IMG/VR virus record: IMGVR_UViG_2541047747_000001
Length of the DNA stretch: 46,204 bases
Direction: 5' to 3' (one strand)
Source of the DNA: a virus
Taxonomy: Duplodnaviria; Heunggongvirae; Uroviricota; Caudoviricetes
Shown here: positions 11,489 through 20,422 of the stretch, one piece after another
Numbering within the stretch: position 1 is the stretch's first letter
How the letters are laid out: each line of letters opens with the position of its first letter
Notes under the pieces: model-generated
The model's input: only the letters and a program-made list of their open reading frames with translations
Databases searched by the model: none
What the model was told of the DNA's origin: nothing
Translations under genes and position numbers: made by a program

Positions 11489-11767
11489 TTACTTCCTTTT
11501 TATGGCTCGTAATTTTTTCAGGTGCTTTTCCTGCTCAGTGTCCGCGAGAATTTTGCGGTACTCCTGGTGGTCAATATGTTCGAACAGGCAGTTTAACTCA
11601 CCAATGCGTACCCGCCCGGATCGTCCGTCCATCCGTCGAAAGAACACTGAGTGCTCAGTGATGCGAGTAATCACCACGGGGTATCCGGCTCTGTCCGTGT
11701 ATATCTGACCGCGTTGAATCAAAGCGAACATGTGGTTATCCCCATCGACAAATCGAGAACACAACAA
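11489..11767 (-). CDS. hypothetical protein (small early-left gene)
   Basis: 92-aa ORF co-oriented with neighbours; real start may be an internal Met. Confidence 0.4.
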   Translation of the reverse strand: MLCSRFVDGDNHMFALIQRGQIYTDRAGYPVVITRITEHSVFFRRMDGRSGRVRIGELNCLFEHIDHQEYRKILADTEQEKHLKKLRAIKRK

Positions 11768-11815
11768 ACGCTGCTGCGAATACCACCCCCAGAGTTACGA
11801 TTGCATCAGGCCAGC

Positions 11816-12328
11816 TCATTGATTCACCTCCTGCCTGTCGTCCGGCATTCGCTCACTACAGCTTATCCAACCATCCGGAGTTACCGGAGAGCTGGTTGAC
11901 GCTTCCGGGATTTTCCGAAAATTATTGGTTGACGAATCTTTATTTTCCCGAAAGTTTCCGGACTGAAGCATGGCTTCGCGGCAATCGTTCCAGCCTGTAG
12001 CGTATGCAGCCGCTTTGCTGCTGCCTTCAACTGGCGCATCCTGCCAATACATTTCTTCCGGCACTATCGGCGCTGGAGGGGCGGCAAATAGATATCCGCC
12101 AAAGTCAGGAAGCTCTCTAATGGCCTGTACGAATTTTTGTTTGCCTACGTCAACTCCTAATGGGTAATGAGCTATAATCTTTGCCACCGGCTCTGCTGCC
12201 AGTGATGCCAGCGCAATCCGTGCCAGCTCTTCCGCTTCTTCTGCTGGAAGCACAACGTTGCTACCCGGTCCGTATGTTTCGCGCCACTGCTTGATTGTCA
12301 GCAGTCGCTCTTTGGTTATAGTGGTCAT
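11816..12328 (-). CDS. hypothetical protein (possibly DUF551-like C-terminus)
   Basis: 170-aa ORF in the minus-strand early-left operon; C-terminal W.SC.ERMP motif. Confidence 0.5.
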   Translation of the reverse strand: MTTITKERLLTIKQWRETYGPGSNVVLPAEEAEELARIALASLAAEPVAKIIAHYPLGVDVGKQKFVQAIRELPDFGGYLFAAPPAPIVPEEMYWQDAPVEGSSKAAAYATGWNDCREAMLQSGNFRENKDSSTNNFRKIPEASTSSPVTPDGWISCSERMPDDRQEVNQ

Positions 12329-12338
12329 GTGTTACTCC

Positions 12339-12602
12339 TTAACCCGCAGTGCTTTCAACTGATGAGGGGAACAAAATCTTTTCATCAAACCCTGCATTCA
12401 TATCATGAACAGCAACACACCAATCCATCGACGAACGATTATCAAGAGCCTCCATGATTTCATCCATGCGGCGCAGGTCATACAGGTAAATGCTTTTATC
12501 GCCAATGGTGTAAAAACCAATTTTTTTCGGTGATGGACAGCGATCAAGAACGTCCTGTAATTCGCTCAACCATGCTTGTTCTTTTTTTGTCAAAGTTGCC
12601 AT
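12339..12602 (-). CDS. hypothetical protein
   Basis: Start at the internal Met (MATLTKKEQ) is coupled to the upstream gene stop (TGATATG); ORF track extends to 12635. Confidence 0.5.
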   Translation of the reverse strand: MATLTKKEQAWLSELQDVLDRCPSPKKIGFYTIGDKSIYLYDLRRMDEIMEALDNRSSMDWCVAVHDMNAGFDEKILFPSSVESTAG

Positions 12603-12603
12603 A

Positions 12604-13089
12604 TCACTCTCCTTTGATGCGAATGCCTGTTGCAATGCTGTTTATGATGCTGTCAGTGCATGGGGTAGAAAGCTGGGCATCTCCAGCAATTTTCATGACC
12701 TCAACATCTGCATATCGAATACCGAGGTGTATCAGACCGGCTATGCCTGACTTAAGCCGAGCATTTTCCATAAATAGAACTTTTGCCCGCTGTTTTTCTG
12801 CTTCAAGCTCAACGCGCAGCTTCCCTACCGTTAGCGCAATATCCTCGTTCTCCTGATCGCGGCTTTTGATGTATTGCAGGTTTCTTTCCCGTTCATCCAG
12901 CAGTGCCAGCACGGTTTCTGGTCCGGTCAGAAATTTGAAGGCGTTGAGCGCATCAATATCCACACCGTAATCTTTAAGTTCCTGTTCACTTAACAAGTCA
13001 TCATCAGCTGGCAACATTAACAGGCGTTCCATTGCTGGAATTGCACGTTCCGCCACCTCACGCAGTGCCTGGTAATTAATTTCGCTCAC
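12604..13089 (-). CDS. ead/Ea22-like family protein
   Basis: 161 aa, N-terminus MSEINYQALREVAERA typical of Ea22-like proteins of lambdoid phages; coiled-coil middle. Confidence 0.7.
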   Translation of the reverse strand: MSEINYQALREVAERAIPAMERLLMLPADDDLLSEQELKDYGVDIDALNAFKFLTGPETVLALLDERERNLQYIKSRDQENEDIALTVGKLRVELEAEKQRAKVLFMENARLKSGIAGLIHLGIRYADVEVMKIAGDAQLSTPCTDSIINSIATGIRIKGE

Positions 13090-13826
13090 TGGTTGCCTCC
13101 TTTGCGAAGCTGGGCAGCAAAGTCAACTAACCACTCAGTCATTTCAACCTTCCCTACCAGGTCTGAACCAGGGTACATACAGCAATCACTCTGCGCCGCT
13201 TTGAAATCCTTATACTCATATTCTTGGGCCACCAGATTTTTTGCAGCTTCTATAGCAGCATCCACCCCCTGCGCCAGGACTTCAGCCAGGAAAGCATCAG
13301 TGGTTGGCGTTTCAGGTATCTGTCTCCTCATCCGTTCTATTGCATGATTGAACCCGAAGTCTTCCGCGAGAGATACGTCATCCATATTGTCATTGTCATC
13401 TTCAATATCCCGTGATTCTGGAATTGCAGACTTTATTCCCGCATTCTCCGCTGCCAGCGCCGTGAAATTACCCTCCAGCTCTGCAATGCGCTGTTTTGCG
13501 GCATCAAGTTCAATCGATAATTTTTCCAACTGCTCTTTATGCTTCTTGTATTCCTGATATGCGTGCCAGGACTGACCTTTGCGCACACTATCAGTAATAT
13601 CAGTAATCTGTTCTGGTGTTAGAGTGGTCAGTGGCTGTGCTGGGAAAATCAGCACTTTCCCGGAATCCCAATCAAAACCAGCGTGAATTGACTGAACTTC
13701 AACTGAGGGTGTTGAACCAATGCTGCCAGGCGAATGAACAACGATCGTTACATCCATATCGCGACGATGGCTGTGGTTGTTGGACAAAATACGATTCACC
13801 AACTCAGAAAATTTGGAAAATTTCAT
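13086..13826 (-). CDS. hypothetical protein
   Basis: 246-aa ORF, stop coupled to the Ea22-like start. Confidence 0.55.
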   Translation of the reverse strand: MKFSKFSELVNRILSNNHSHRRDMDVTIVVHSPGSIGSTPSVEVQSIHAGFDWDSGKVLIFPAQPLTTLTPEQITDITDSVRKGQSWHAYQEYKKHKEQLEKLSIELDAAKQRIAELEGNFTALAAENAGIKSAIPESRDIEDDNDNMDDVSLAEDFGFNHAIERMRRQIPETPTTDAFLAEVLAQGVDAAIEAAKNLVAQEYEYKDFKAAQSDCCMYPGSDLVGKVEMTEWLVDFAAQLRKGGNQ

Positions 13827-14113
13827 GCTGATTCCCCTTTCTCTGCTCTCTCCTGTCGGAACATCACTATCATCAGGTCGCCTTTTGTCGCTATCCTGGC
13901 TGTTGTACCTGGTTCAATGCGGCTAAGCTCAAATGCGTCATAGAACGCTTCTAATGCCTTCTGGCGTAGTTCCTGTTTGCGCCGTTTTTTCCACTGTTTT
14001 AGGAAAATGGAACCCAGCCATCGCCATGTACGGGACATGATGTAAAGCCAACCGAGAAGTGCCAGGCCGACATTCAGGGCCGTTTCTATGGTTAGTTGTG
14101 AGTCAGTTGCCAT
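13823..14113 (-). CDS. hypothetical small membrane protein
   Basis: 96 aa with a hydrophobic segment LNVGLALLGWLYIM; coupled to the downstream gene. Confidence 0.45.
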   Translation of the reverse strand: MATDSQLTIETALNVGLALLGWLYIMSRTWRWLGSIFLKQWKKRRKQELRQKALEAFYDAFELSRIEPGTTARIATKGDLMIVMFRQERAEKGESA

Positions 14114-14351
14114 TTCTTACCTGTTTAAGTAACTGGTTGAACATAACACTTAGGGGATTGCTGTATCCAAACGGCAGATTGTTTACGCAGTACAGAATCA
14201 TTTTGTTTTTTTCTCCAGTTCGTACTATTAACCCATTCCACAATAACCGTGATAATTCATTACTGATAGAAGTTGCGCTTCTTCCAAGTGCGAGGGATAT
14301 ATCTTCTCTACTGCAATCTGGATTTTCCTGGATATACTCGATAACGGTCAT
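14103..14351 (-). CDS. small winged-helix DNA-binding protein (hypothetical)
   Basis: MTVIEYIQENPDCSREDISLALGRSATSISNELSRLLWNGLIVR has an HTH-like pattern; start chosen at internal Met to avoid overlapping the upstream gene. Confidence 0.45.
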   Translation of the reverse strand: MTVIEYIQENPDCSREDISLALGRSATSISNELSRLLWNGLIVRTGEKNKMILYCVNNLPFGYSNPLSVMFNQLLKQVRNGN

Positions 14352-14361
14352 GTGGTCCCTT

Positions 14362-14943
14362 TTACTTAATATCTGTTTCGGATTGCATGCCATGAGTATT
14401 CATTTCGTTAATAATTTCATCCAGAAGAATTTCAAGCCCTTCTCGACCCATATCTGAAAGAATGAAACCTTTATCAGGGGAAGTAGTGAGCATTTTCTGA
14501 TAAAGAAACAGCGCTCTTCCCATTCCTTCAGCTTCGCCGTATTTTTGAATTAAATTCCATTCAATATACTGTTGTAAGGCAAATCGAATGGGGCCGGGAT
14601 ATATCGTCATAAACCCATACATCCCGTTATATACCACGGCGTGTTCAGTTGTTCCGTGTTCATTCAGGATATCAATTGTGCCGTTCTTGTCTTCTTCTTC
14701 GTTGATGAATGTCGTCACATACAACCATCGCCACTGAGCAACCTTCATCTCAACCGGAAGTTTACCCAGTAATCCTGCTTCGTCGGCTTGCGCCAGACAC
14801 TGAAGGATACGTAAACCTCGCACATTAGGAGTATCGAATTCTCCGGCATCCAGACGACGTATGGCGTCGTGATAATCAATCGTCATACTGCCAGTTCGTA
14901 TACCATTGGCTGTTGCTTCAGCCTGGAATTCATCGTATTGCAT
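14362..14943 (-). CDS. hypothetical protein
   Basis: 193-aa ORF in the early-left operon. Confidence 0.55.
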   Translation of the reverse strand: MQYDEFQAEATANGIRTGSMTIDYHDAIRRLDAGEFDTPNVRGLRILQCLAQADEAGLLGKLPVEMKVAQWRWLYVTTFINEEEDKNGTIDILNEHGTTEHAVVYNGMYGFMTIYPGPIRFALQQYIEWNLIQKYGEAEGMGRALFLYQKMLTTSPDKGFILSDMGREGLEILLDEIINEMNTHGMQSETDIK

Positions 14944-14948
14944 GATAT

Positions 14949-15149
14949 TTATTCCTCATCTTCATCTTCATCTTCATCTTCATCTGCTGGTGCAATAACG
15001 TCATATCCTGCCTTTTCTGCAATAAACAGGAATGTTGAAAGAGTTCCTACAAGTTCATCGTCATGAACATGGCGAATGAATATTACTTTCCCGTTTTTGA
15101 TGGTCAGCAATACTCTGGTTTGTTCGTGTTCTGCTGTTTTCTGATGCAT
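14949..15149 (-). CDS. hypothetical small protein with acidic C-terminal tail
   Basis: 66 aa ending DEDEDEDEE, encoded by a GAA/GAT simple repeat at 14949-14990. Confidence 0.45.
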   Translation of the reverse strand: MHQKTAEHEQTRVLLTIKNGKVIFIRHVHDDELVGTLSTFLFIAEKAGYDVIAPADEDEDEDEDEE

Positions 15150-15343
15150 TATTATCTCCCGTATGCTTTACGCAGAAATAAGCAGGCAATATGCATGTAA
15201 TTTTCACCGTATTGTGCAATAAGGCAGGCGGTCTTGTGTGATGCCATATTCTTTATAAAAGTCACAATAAAGCCTCCTGTGGATTAAGGTTGTAATAATC
15301 CCCGGCGATAAAACCGCAATAAACGTTCAGGGCATATTTGTTG

Positions 15344-15709
15344 TTATTGCGCTAATTCTTTTTCGGCAGCAGCTTTTGTATACTCACATGCAAAACTCAG
15401 AATTTCGCTGCCGAGTGTTTTCGTTTCGTGATTACTGGACATATGTAATACCTGTGTTGCATGCAATAAATGATAAACATTTACCGCAAATGAATCAGGC
15501 TCCAGACAAATGCCTTCGTAATTATCTTGCTGTGAGGTTGTTTCTGTCATTGCTCCTGAAGTGCATGCGAGCCTGTTTTTGACAATTCTCTTTTCTCTAA
15601 TCACTATATCGGCAACATCTATTGCCTTTACAACCTCCGGGAGAAGTTCCGGGTTTGTATAATCAAAGTCATCAACATGGAGAACAGTTATGTTTTCGAA
15701 CTTTTTCAT
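15344..15709 (-). CDS. hypothetical protein
   Basis: 121-aa ORF co-oriented with the early-left genes. Confidence 0.5.
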   Translation of the reverse strand: MKKFENITVLHVDDFDYTNPELLPEVVKAIDVADIVIREKRIVKNRLACTSGAMTETTSQQDNYEGICLEPDSFAVNVYHLLHATQVLHMSSNHETKTLGSEILSFACEYTKAAAEKELAQ

Positions 15710-15837
15710 GGCTTCCTCAGCTGACTTATATGTTCTGCTATATAGCGAGTCTCAGAAGTGTTTTCATATTGAGACTGTTTCCGCAATGATTGATAAAAAT
15801 GTTCGCATGTACCTTGAAGGGCGAAGCGGCGATTATG

Positions 15838-16341
15838 TCACCATTGGTATTGGTTCTTCCGCAGAAGAGCTTCGCGAGATAAGGGGCAAACTTGTTGAGA
15901 TGCGTCATGGTGTTGCTGCTCCTCACTTTTTGGTTGCTCCGGAGGAGTAACCTCACCAGTTAACAGCCACATCGGATCGCAGCCAAGAATATTTGCCAGT
16001 GGGATAAGCATACTGATAGTTGGTTCATACTCTCCGCTCTCCCACTGGATGATAATTTCTTCATCGAGATCGAGCAGCCTGGCGAGTTCGGCGGTTGTTA
16101 AGCCGCAGGCTTCGCGTTGGGTGCGAAGACGGTTGTTGATTGCAGAATTTTTGTTCTGTAAAAGCATTGCTGACGATAGCTTTCTGGATATGCTATTTGT
16201 CATATCCCATGCCAGTCCTGCGCATGACTCTATATCGCTAGAGAGCGTAGCATCAGGTGTTGCTTTTGCTATTAGTGTAATGAGGCTGCCGAGGTTTTTC
16301 AGTTCTTCGAGACAGTCAAGAGTTGTAGCTTTATTGATCAT
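15838..16341 (-). CDS. XRE-family helix-turn-helix protein (first gene leftward of the cI-left operator region)
   Basis: 167 aa; central HTH LRTQREACGLTTAELARLLDLDEEIIIQWESGEY; preceded by operator-like repeats at 16347-16420. Confidence 0.6.
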   Translation of the reverse strand: MINKATTLDCLEELKNLGSLITLIAKATPDATLSSDIESCAGLAWDMTNSISRKLSSAMLLQNKNSAINNRLRTQREACGLTTAELARLLDLDEEIIIQWESGEYEPTISMLIPLANILGCDPMWLLTGEVTPPEQPKSEEQQHHDASQQVCPLSREALLRKNQYQW

Positions 16342-16346
16342 GAGAT

Positions 16347-16420
16347 GATACCTCAGTTACGAACTTTGTTTTATGGTAACTAAGGTATCAAGGTGTGGCA
16401 AGTGATTTTTGATACTTTGG
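16347..16420. promoter_or_regulatory. left operator-like repeat cluster (OL analogue)
   Basis: GATACCTCAGTTAC (16347-16360) and its inverted partner GGTAACTAAGGTATC (16375-16389), plus the 12-mer TTGATACTTTGG (16409-16420) that recurs to the right of cI. Confidence 0.5.
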
Positions 16421-16444
16421 TTTCTTTTTGTGTTTTGTGTCTGG

Positions 16445-17101
16445 TCAGAAAATATCCCACCTGGCATCAACCACAACACCTACTATTTCGCAATCATTGT
16501 CCATTTCTATGATTGGATATTGTGGATTAAGGGGCTTTAGAAACGCCTTTCCCATGTCAGAAATATATTTTTTGAATGTTGCTTCATTGGTAGATTTTTT
16601 TCTGGCGATGACGTAACACCCTGAAAAAACTTCTTTATCTGGGTTGACAAGGATCGACATTCCTTCAGGAAATGTTATTCCTACGGGCGAAGTCATTGAG
16701 TCTCCGTGCACTTCCAGCCAGAACCCCCTCTCACCAGCGTATTTTACAGAATGCCTCCAATTATCCTGATCATACATGTTGTAGTCATCACCAGAAGTTG
16801 CGAATAATCCTGCCTGAACCCAGTTAATTACAGGGTAAGAGTGTGCTGTGTCTCTCTGTGGGCAGCTCTTAACATTATTTTCCCAATGCTTATCTTTTTC
16901 ATCTCCGTTCTGAAGCCACTGCGGTGAACACCGCAGTGCAGCTGCAACTTTAAAAAGGGTGTCACCGTTGAAACTTTTTGTAAGGCCTTGCTCGGCTTTA
17001 CTGATTGCAACTCTGGTGATCCCAGCTTTTTTAGCCAACGCATCTTGTGTTAACCCAGCTTTTTGCCGTGCGTTGATGAGACGTTCACCTAAAGACTTCA
17101 T
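16445..17101 (-). CDS. cI: cI-type prophage repressor (HTH plus LexA-like S24 autopeptidase domain)
   Basis: N-terminal HTH MKSLGERLINARQKAGLTQDALAKKAGIT and C-terminal S24 domain with GDSM serine motif; GGAG RBS before the ATG at 17101; the ORF-track extension to 17176 is rejected. Confidence 0.85.
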   Translation of the reverse strand: MKSLGERLINARQKAGLTQDALAKKAGITRVAISKAEQGLTKSFNGDTLFKVAAALRCSPQWLQNGDEKDKHWENNVKSCPQRDTAHSYPVINWVQAGLFATSGDDYNMYDQDNWRHSVKYAGERGFWLEVHGDSMTSPVGITFPEGMSILVNPDKEVFSGCYVIARKKSTNEATFKKYISDMGKAFLKPLNPQYPIIEMDNDCEIVGVVVDARWDIF

Positions 17102-17123
17102 TTTTCTTCTCCTCTCATGGCTG

Positions 17124-17195
17124 TTGATACTAAAGTAACAGAATTTCTTGATACTTTGGATTCCTGTGGTTAACATCGTTGGATAACAAAGTATC
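17124..17195. promoter_or_regulatory. right operator-like repeat cluster (OR analogue) with candidate rightward promoter
   Basis: TTGATACTAAAGTAAC (17124-17139), TTGATACTTTGG (17148-17159), GGATAACAAAGTATC (17181-17195); -35 TTGATA, 17-bp spacer, -10 TAACAT at 17171-17176. Confidence 0.5.
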
Positions 17196-17492
17196 TGGTG
17201 TGAGACTAAAGAATGACCCTTTATGAAATATTAAAAATTCAATTTAAAACCAATGCCGCTATTGGTCGCAGGTTCCCAAAGAAAGGAAGGCCTCGTGGCA
17301 GTCAAGGTGTTGGAAAGTGGAAAACGCGAGGTGTTCCGGAGGATGTTGCCATTCTTTGTCATTTGGATCCGAGCATTCCATATACACACCCAAGCCTAGC
17401 GCACACGGAAGATGGGAAGTGATGGTGGTGATATGAGCGAAAAAATAACTATTAAATACGATGGGACAACCATTTCGATTGCCCCGATCACA

Positions 17493-17786
17493 TTAGCGTT
17501 CGCTGAGAAGTTGTTGGTAAGCCTTAAAGGATGCGAACTGCATTCTACCTTCGGCATTGATTCCAATGCCTTCGCTTGTACACCAAGCGATGAACTCGGC
17601 TGTATCCGCTTCAACTTTAATAACTCGTTGCCCGCCTCTTTCGACACGCTTAATCAATTTTTCAGCGTCGTGTTTCCACTCGGTGTAACTGTCGGAGAGC
17701 ACATCAGCATCAGTAAAAATATTTTTGAGCTCATGATACTGAATCGCATCGCGAAACCAGAATAAACCAACGGCCTGAACTTTCAT
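17493..17786 (-). CDS. hypothetical protein upstream of and co-oriented with cI
   Basis: 97-aa ORF with a strong RBS (AAAGGAGG, 6-nt spacer); no recognisable motif. Confidence 0.6.
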   Translation of the reverse strand: MKVQAVGLFWFRDAIQYHELKNIFTDADVLSDSYTEWKHDAEKLIKRVERGGQRVIKVEADTAEFIAWCTSEGIGINAEGRMQFASFKAYQQLLSER

Positions 17787-17899
17787 GTCGAACCTCCTTT
17801 GGTTCTTTTGTTTATAGGGATCAAAAGGATAACTGAAGGAAGGTTCGGCACCAATAAGTACGAATGTGCGGAATCTTAAAAGAATTTATCCGTAAGGAG

Positions 17900-18613
17900 A
17901 TGGCAGTGAACACCGTAATTTTTAACGGCAAAGCATCCATGACCAGCCTTGAAATCGCAGAGTTGGTGGGCAGCCAACACAAAGATGTTAAGCGCAGCAT
18001 TGAAAGGCTCATGGATAAGGGGATTATTCGAAGTGCGCCAATGGCGAATTTCGAAATAATCAACAACTTAGGATTAAAACGAAATGTAGGTGCTTACATC
18101 TTCGAAGGCGAACAAGGTAAGCGCGACAGCATCATTGTCGTCGCACAGCTCTGTCCTGAATTCACAGCTCGCCTGGTAGATCGCTGGCGCGAACTGGAAG
18201 AACAGATCCGTAAGCCAATGAGCGAAATCGAAATGGTTGCCGCGATGGCTCTTGAAGCCGTTCGCCAACAGAAACGGATCACTCAGGTGGAAGAAAAAGT
18301 CAGCCACGTTGCTGAAACAGTCGAGCAAATTAAAAAGGGCACTATTCGTGAGGGCTATGCCGGATATCGCCAACTGAAAGCAAAAACCGGTTTGTCAGAT
18401 GATAAATGCCGCAATCTGGTGAACGCCTATCAAATTCCTACAGACACACATGAGTTCATGACGCCGGACGGATTGTTGTCACGTCGCGCAATTGTTGCTG
18501 TGGAACCGTTTATGGCTGCTTTTTATCGGGTTATGGAGGAAGCAGAACCGCGAGGGACTCGCTGGTATCACCCGAAAATGGGGTTATTTCAGGTTATTGG
18601 TTGGCAGCGATGA
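17900..18613 (+). CDS. Rha-family phage regulatory protein (antirepressor-like)
   Basis: Start at MAVNTVIF after an AAGGAG RBS; N-terminal Rha-like domain (FNGKASMTSLEIAELVGSQHKDVKRSIERL). Confidence 0.7.
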   Translation: MAVNTVIFNGKASMTSLEIAELVGSQHKDVKRSIERLMDKGIIRSAPMANFEIINNLGLKRNVGAYIFEGEQGKRDSIIVVAQLCPEFTARLVDRWRELEEQIRKPMSEIEMVAAMALEAVRQQKRITQVEEKVSHVAETVEQIKKGTIREGYAGYRQLKAKTGLSDDKCRNLVNAYQIPTDTHEFMTPDGLLSRRAIVAVEPFMAAFYRVMEEAEPRGTRWYHPKMGLFQVIGWQR

Positions 18614-18635
18614 AAAAAGCCGGGAGTAACCCGGC
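18613..18635 (-). terminator. rho-independent terminator oriented for minus-strand transcription
   Basis: On the minus strand: GCCGGG-ttact-CCCGGC followed by TTTTTT; no U-tract in the plus orientation. Confidence 0.55.
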
Positions 18636-18720
18636 TCACTCAACATCAATAACGGGGAGCTGTTTCGCATAAAACGGCTCCGAAACATCCAAGAACAGTT
18701 CTAAAGATATCAGCAGCTAT

Positions 18721-19383
18721 ATGATCATTTCAAGACCAAATATTGATTCTGCAATTTCGGGACGTTACACTGTCTCCGCACCTTATAAAGCGGGTGCCGG
18801 GGGTCGCAGCCCGGAATTGCATACGGCGATATACGACGCGCCAGCGTCTTTTTTATCGTCCGCGCTCACGCACGCCAGAATTATGGTGGGCTGGGCAGGG
18901 GAGCCGAAAGGCTCGCCGGTTTCCGTATGCGCCGGTACTGCGAACCCTGTTCAGTCTGCCACCAGTGAGTTTCGCAGCTCCGGTGGTGGAAGTTATCCAT
19001 TGCATACGGAGGCTGCCATCATGGCTACAGTCCCAACTTCCCCATTCCTCAAAATTGAAGTTGTCAACGGCAAGGCCGTTATTTTCTCCCTGCATGTTGC
19101 CTGCCACTTTAAGCGCATGCACCAGAACATCGTCGACAAAATCGAGTATCTGAACTGCTCACGCGAGTTTTTTACCCGCAATTTCATACCGGGTACTTAT
19201 CACATCTACGGTGACTCCCTGCGTGGTTATTACATCACCCTTGATGGTCTGATGATGCTTCAGCTTGGGTTAAGTCTGCGCACAATGCGGTACTACGAGA
19301 GCTGTATTGAAGCATTCCATGAGGCTGAAACCGTCCAGGGTCACTCCGCGTTCCGTCGTAATCAACGGGAGGTGCACCTATGA
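18721..19383 (+). CDS. Rha-family protein with about 100-aa N-terminal extension (or structured leader plus Rha gene starting near 19021)
   Basis: Rha-like core FLKIEVVNGKAVIFSLHVACHFKRMHQNIVDKIEYL; N-terminal region contains a conserved 61-nt block and an in-frame terminator-like hairpin (18835-18854). Confidence 0.6.
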   Translation: MIISRPNIDSAISGRYTVSAPYKAGAGGRSPELHTAIYDAPASFLSSALTHARIMVGWAGEPKGSPVSVCAGTANPVQSATSEFRSSGGGSYPLHTEAAIMATVPTSPFLKIEVVNGKAVIFSLHVACHFKRMHQNIVDKIEYLNCSREFFTRNFIPGTYHIYGDSLRGYYITLDGLMMLQLGLSLRTMRYYESCIEAFHEAETVQGHSAFRRNQREVHL

Positions 19384-20231
19384 TCCGCCACCAGCATATT
19401 GATTCTGCAATTTCGGGACGTTACACTGTCTCTGCACCTTATAAAGCGGGTGCCGGGCGTGGAAACCCGAAATTCAATATAGAGCACAACCGCGCTCATG
19501 CGGTTTTTTCGTGTCATGAGCATCGTTACGCCCAAATTATGGTGGGGCGTGCAGGGCCAACTTCGGTTGGGCCGGGTTCTATGTTGACCGGTATTTCCAC
19601 CCCTGTACGTCTCACCACCTATATGGTCGTGGAAAGCCTTGGTGGTGAGTTCATTGAATTCAACATAGGGGCTGTCACCATGACTACTCTCCCAACCCAA
19701 TCTCACCCTGAAATCACGATTATCAATGGTCGCGTTGTCACCACATCTCTTGCAGTAGCTAATTACTTTACTAAACGGCATGAGCGGGTTTTAGATAGAA
19801 TTAGAAACCTCGAATGTTCCGCTGAATTTACTGAACACAATTTTGTGTTAAGTGAATACACCGACGCATCAGGCCGCAAACTACCTTGCTATCAAATCAC
19901 CCGCGATGGCTTCGCGTTCCTTGCCATGGGCTTCACTGGTAAACGTGCTGCCCGGTTCAAAGAGGCATACATCAACGCCTTTAACCTGATGGAGAAGAGT
20001 TTATCAGGTGCCGATACGTCTGATATGTCAGCTGTCGCACGAAACGCCAGAGGCGTATACCTGCATTTGCGTGAAATCCATCAAATCTGGACAAGCCAGC
20101 TTTATCCAATGCTTAAGGCCGTTGAATCTCCGCTGGCTAGCAAACTGTACGACCGTGTTGGTGATGCTGTTTTTGGCGCTGCACTTGTTGATTCCAGGCT
20201 GAATGGTTCTGACAAGGAGGTTCGCCCATGA
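19380..20231 (+). CDS. Rha-family protein, paralogue of 18721..19383, same N-terminal extension architecture
   Basis: Rha-like core ITIINGRVVTTSLAVANYFTKRHERVLDRIRNL...QITRDGFAFLAMGFTGKRAARFKEAYINAFN; ATG overlaps the upstream stop. Confidence 0.65.
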   Translation: MIRHQHIDSAISGRYTVSAPYKAGAGRGNPKFNIEHNRAHAVFSCHEHRYAQIMVGRAGPTSVGPGSMLTGISTPVRLTTYMVVESLGGEFIEFNIGAVTMTTLPTQSHPEITIINGRVVTTSLAVANYFTKRHERVLDRIRNLECSAEFTEHNFVLSEYTDASGRKLPCYQITRDGFAFLAMGFTGKRAARFKEAYINAFNLMEKSLSGADTSDMSAVARNARGVYLHLREIHQIWTSQLYPMLKAVESPLASKLYDRVGDAVFGAALVDSRLNGSDKEVRP

Positions 20232-20422
20232 TTAGTTACGAAATCATCATCTCCACTACGGAATACAGAAACGATGTATCAGTTCGCACGGATGTATCTG
20301 TCTGGCACCGTCGCTATAAATCCAGAAAAACAGCGGAACTGAAAGCGGCAGAGATGTGTGAAACCATCTCAATGAAAGGTAGCCCGGTTAAATACGTAAC
20401 TACGGCGGAGGTGCGTCCATGA
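20228..20422 (+). CDS. hypothetical small protein
   Basis: 64-aa ORF with start overlapping the upstream stop and stop overlapping the next start. Confidence 0.45.
   Translation: MISYEIIISTTEYRNDVSVRTDVSVWHRRYKSRKTAELKAAEMCETISMKGSPVKYVTTAEVRP

Noticed and set aside
14949-14995. Simple sequence repeat (tcatcttca)n considered as a possible CRISPR-like or regulatory repeat
   Set aside because: It is a coding GAA/GAT trinucleotide repeat producing an acidic tail; no spacer-repeat architecture exists anywhere in the window.
16445-17176. 243-aa version of the repressor ORF
   Set aside because: The 25-codon N-terminal extension would translate the RBS itself; the ATG at 17101 with an upstream GGAG gives the expected HTH N-terminus.
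17412-17765. 117-aa plus-strand ORF overlapping the minus-strand 97-aa gene
   Set aside because: Overlaps almost entirely a minus-strand ORF with a much stronger RBS and more protein-like composition; kept only as a caveat.
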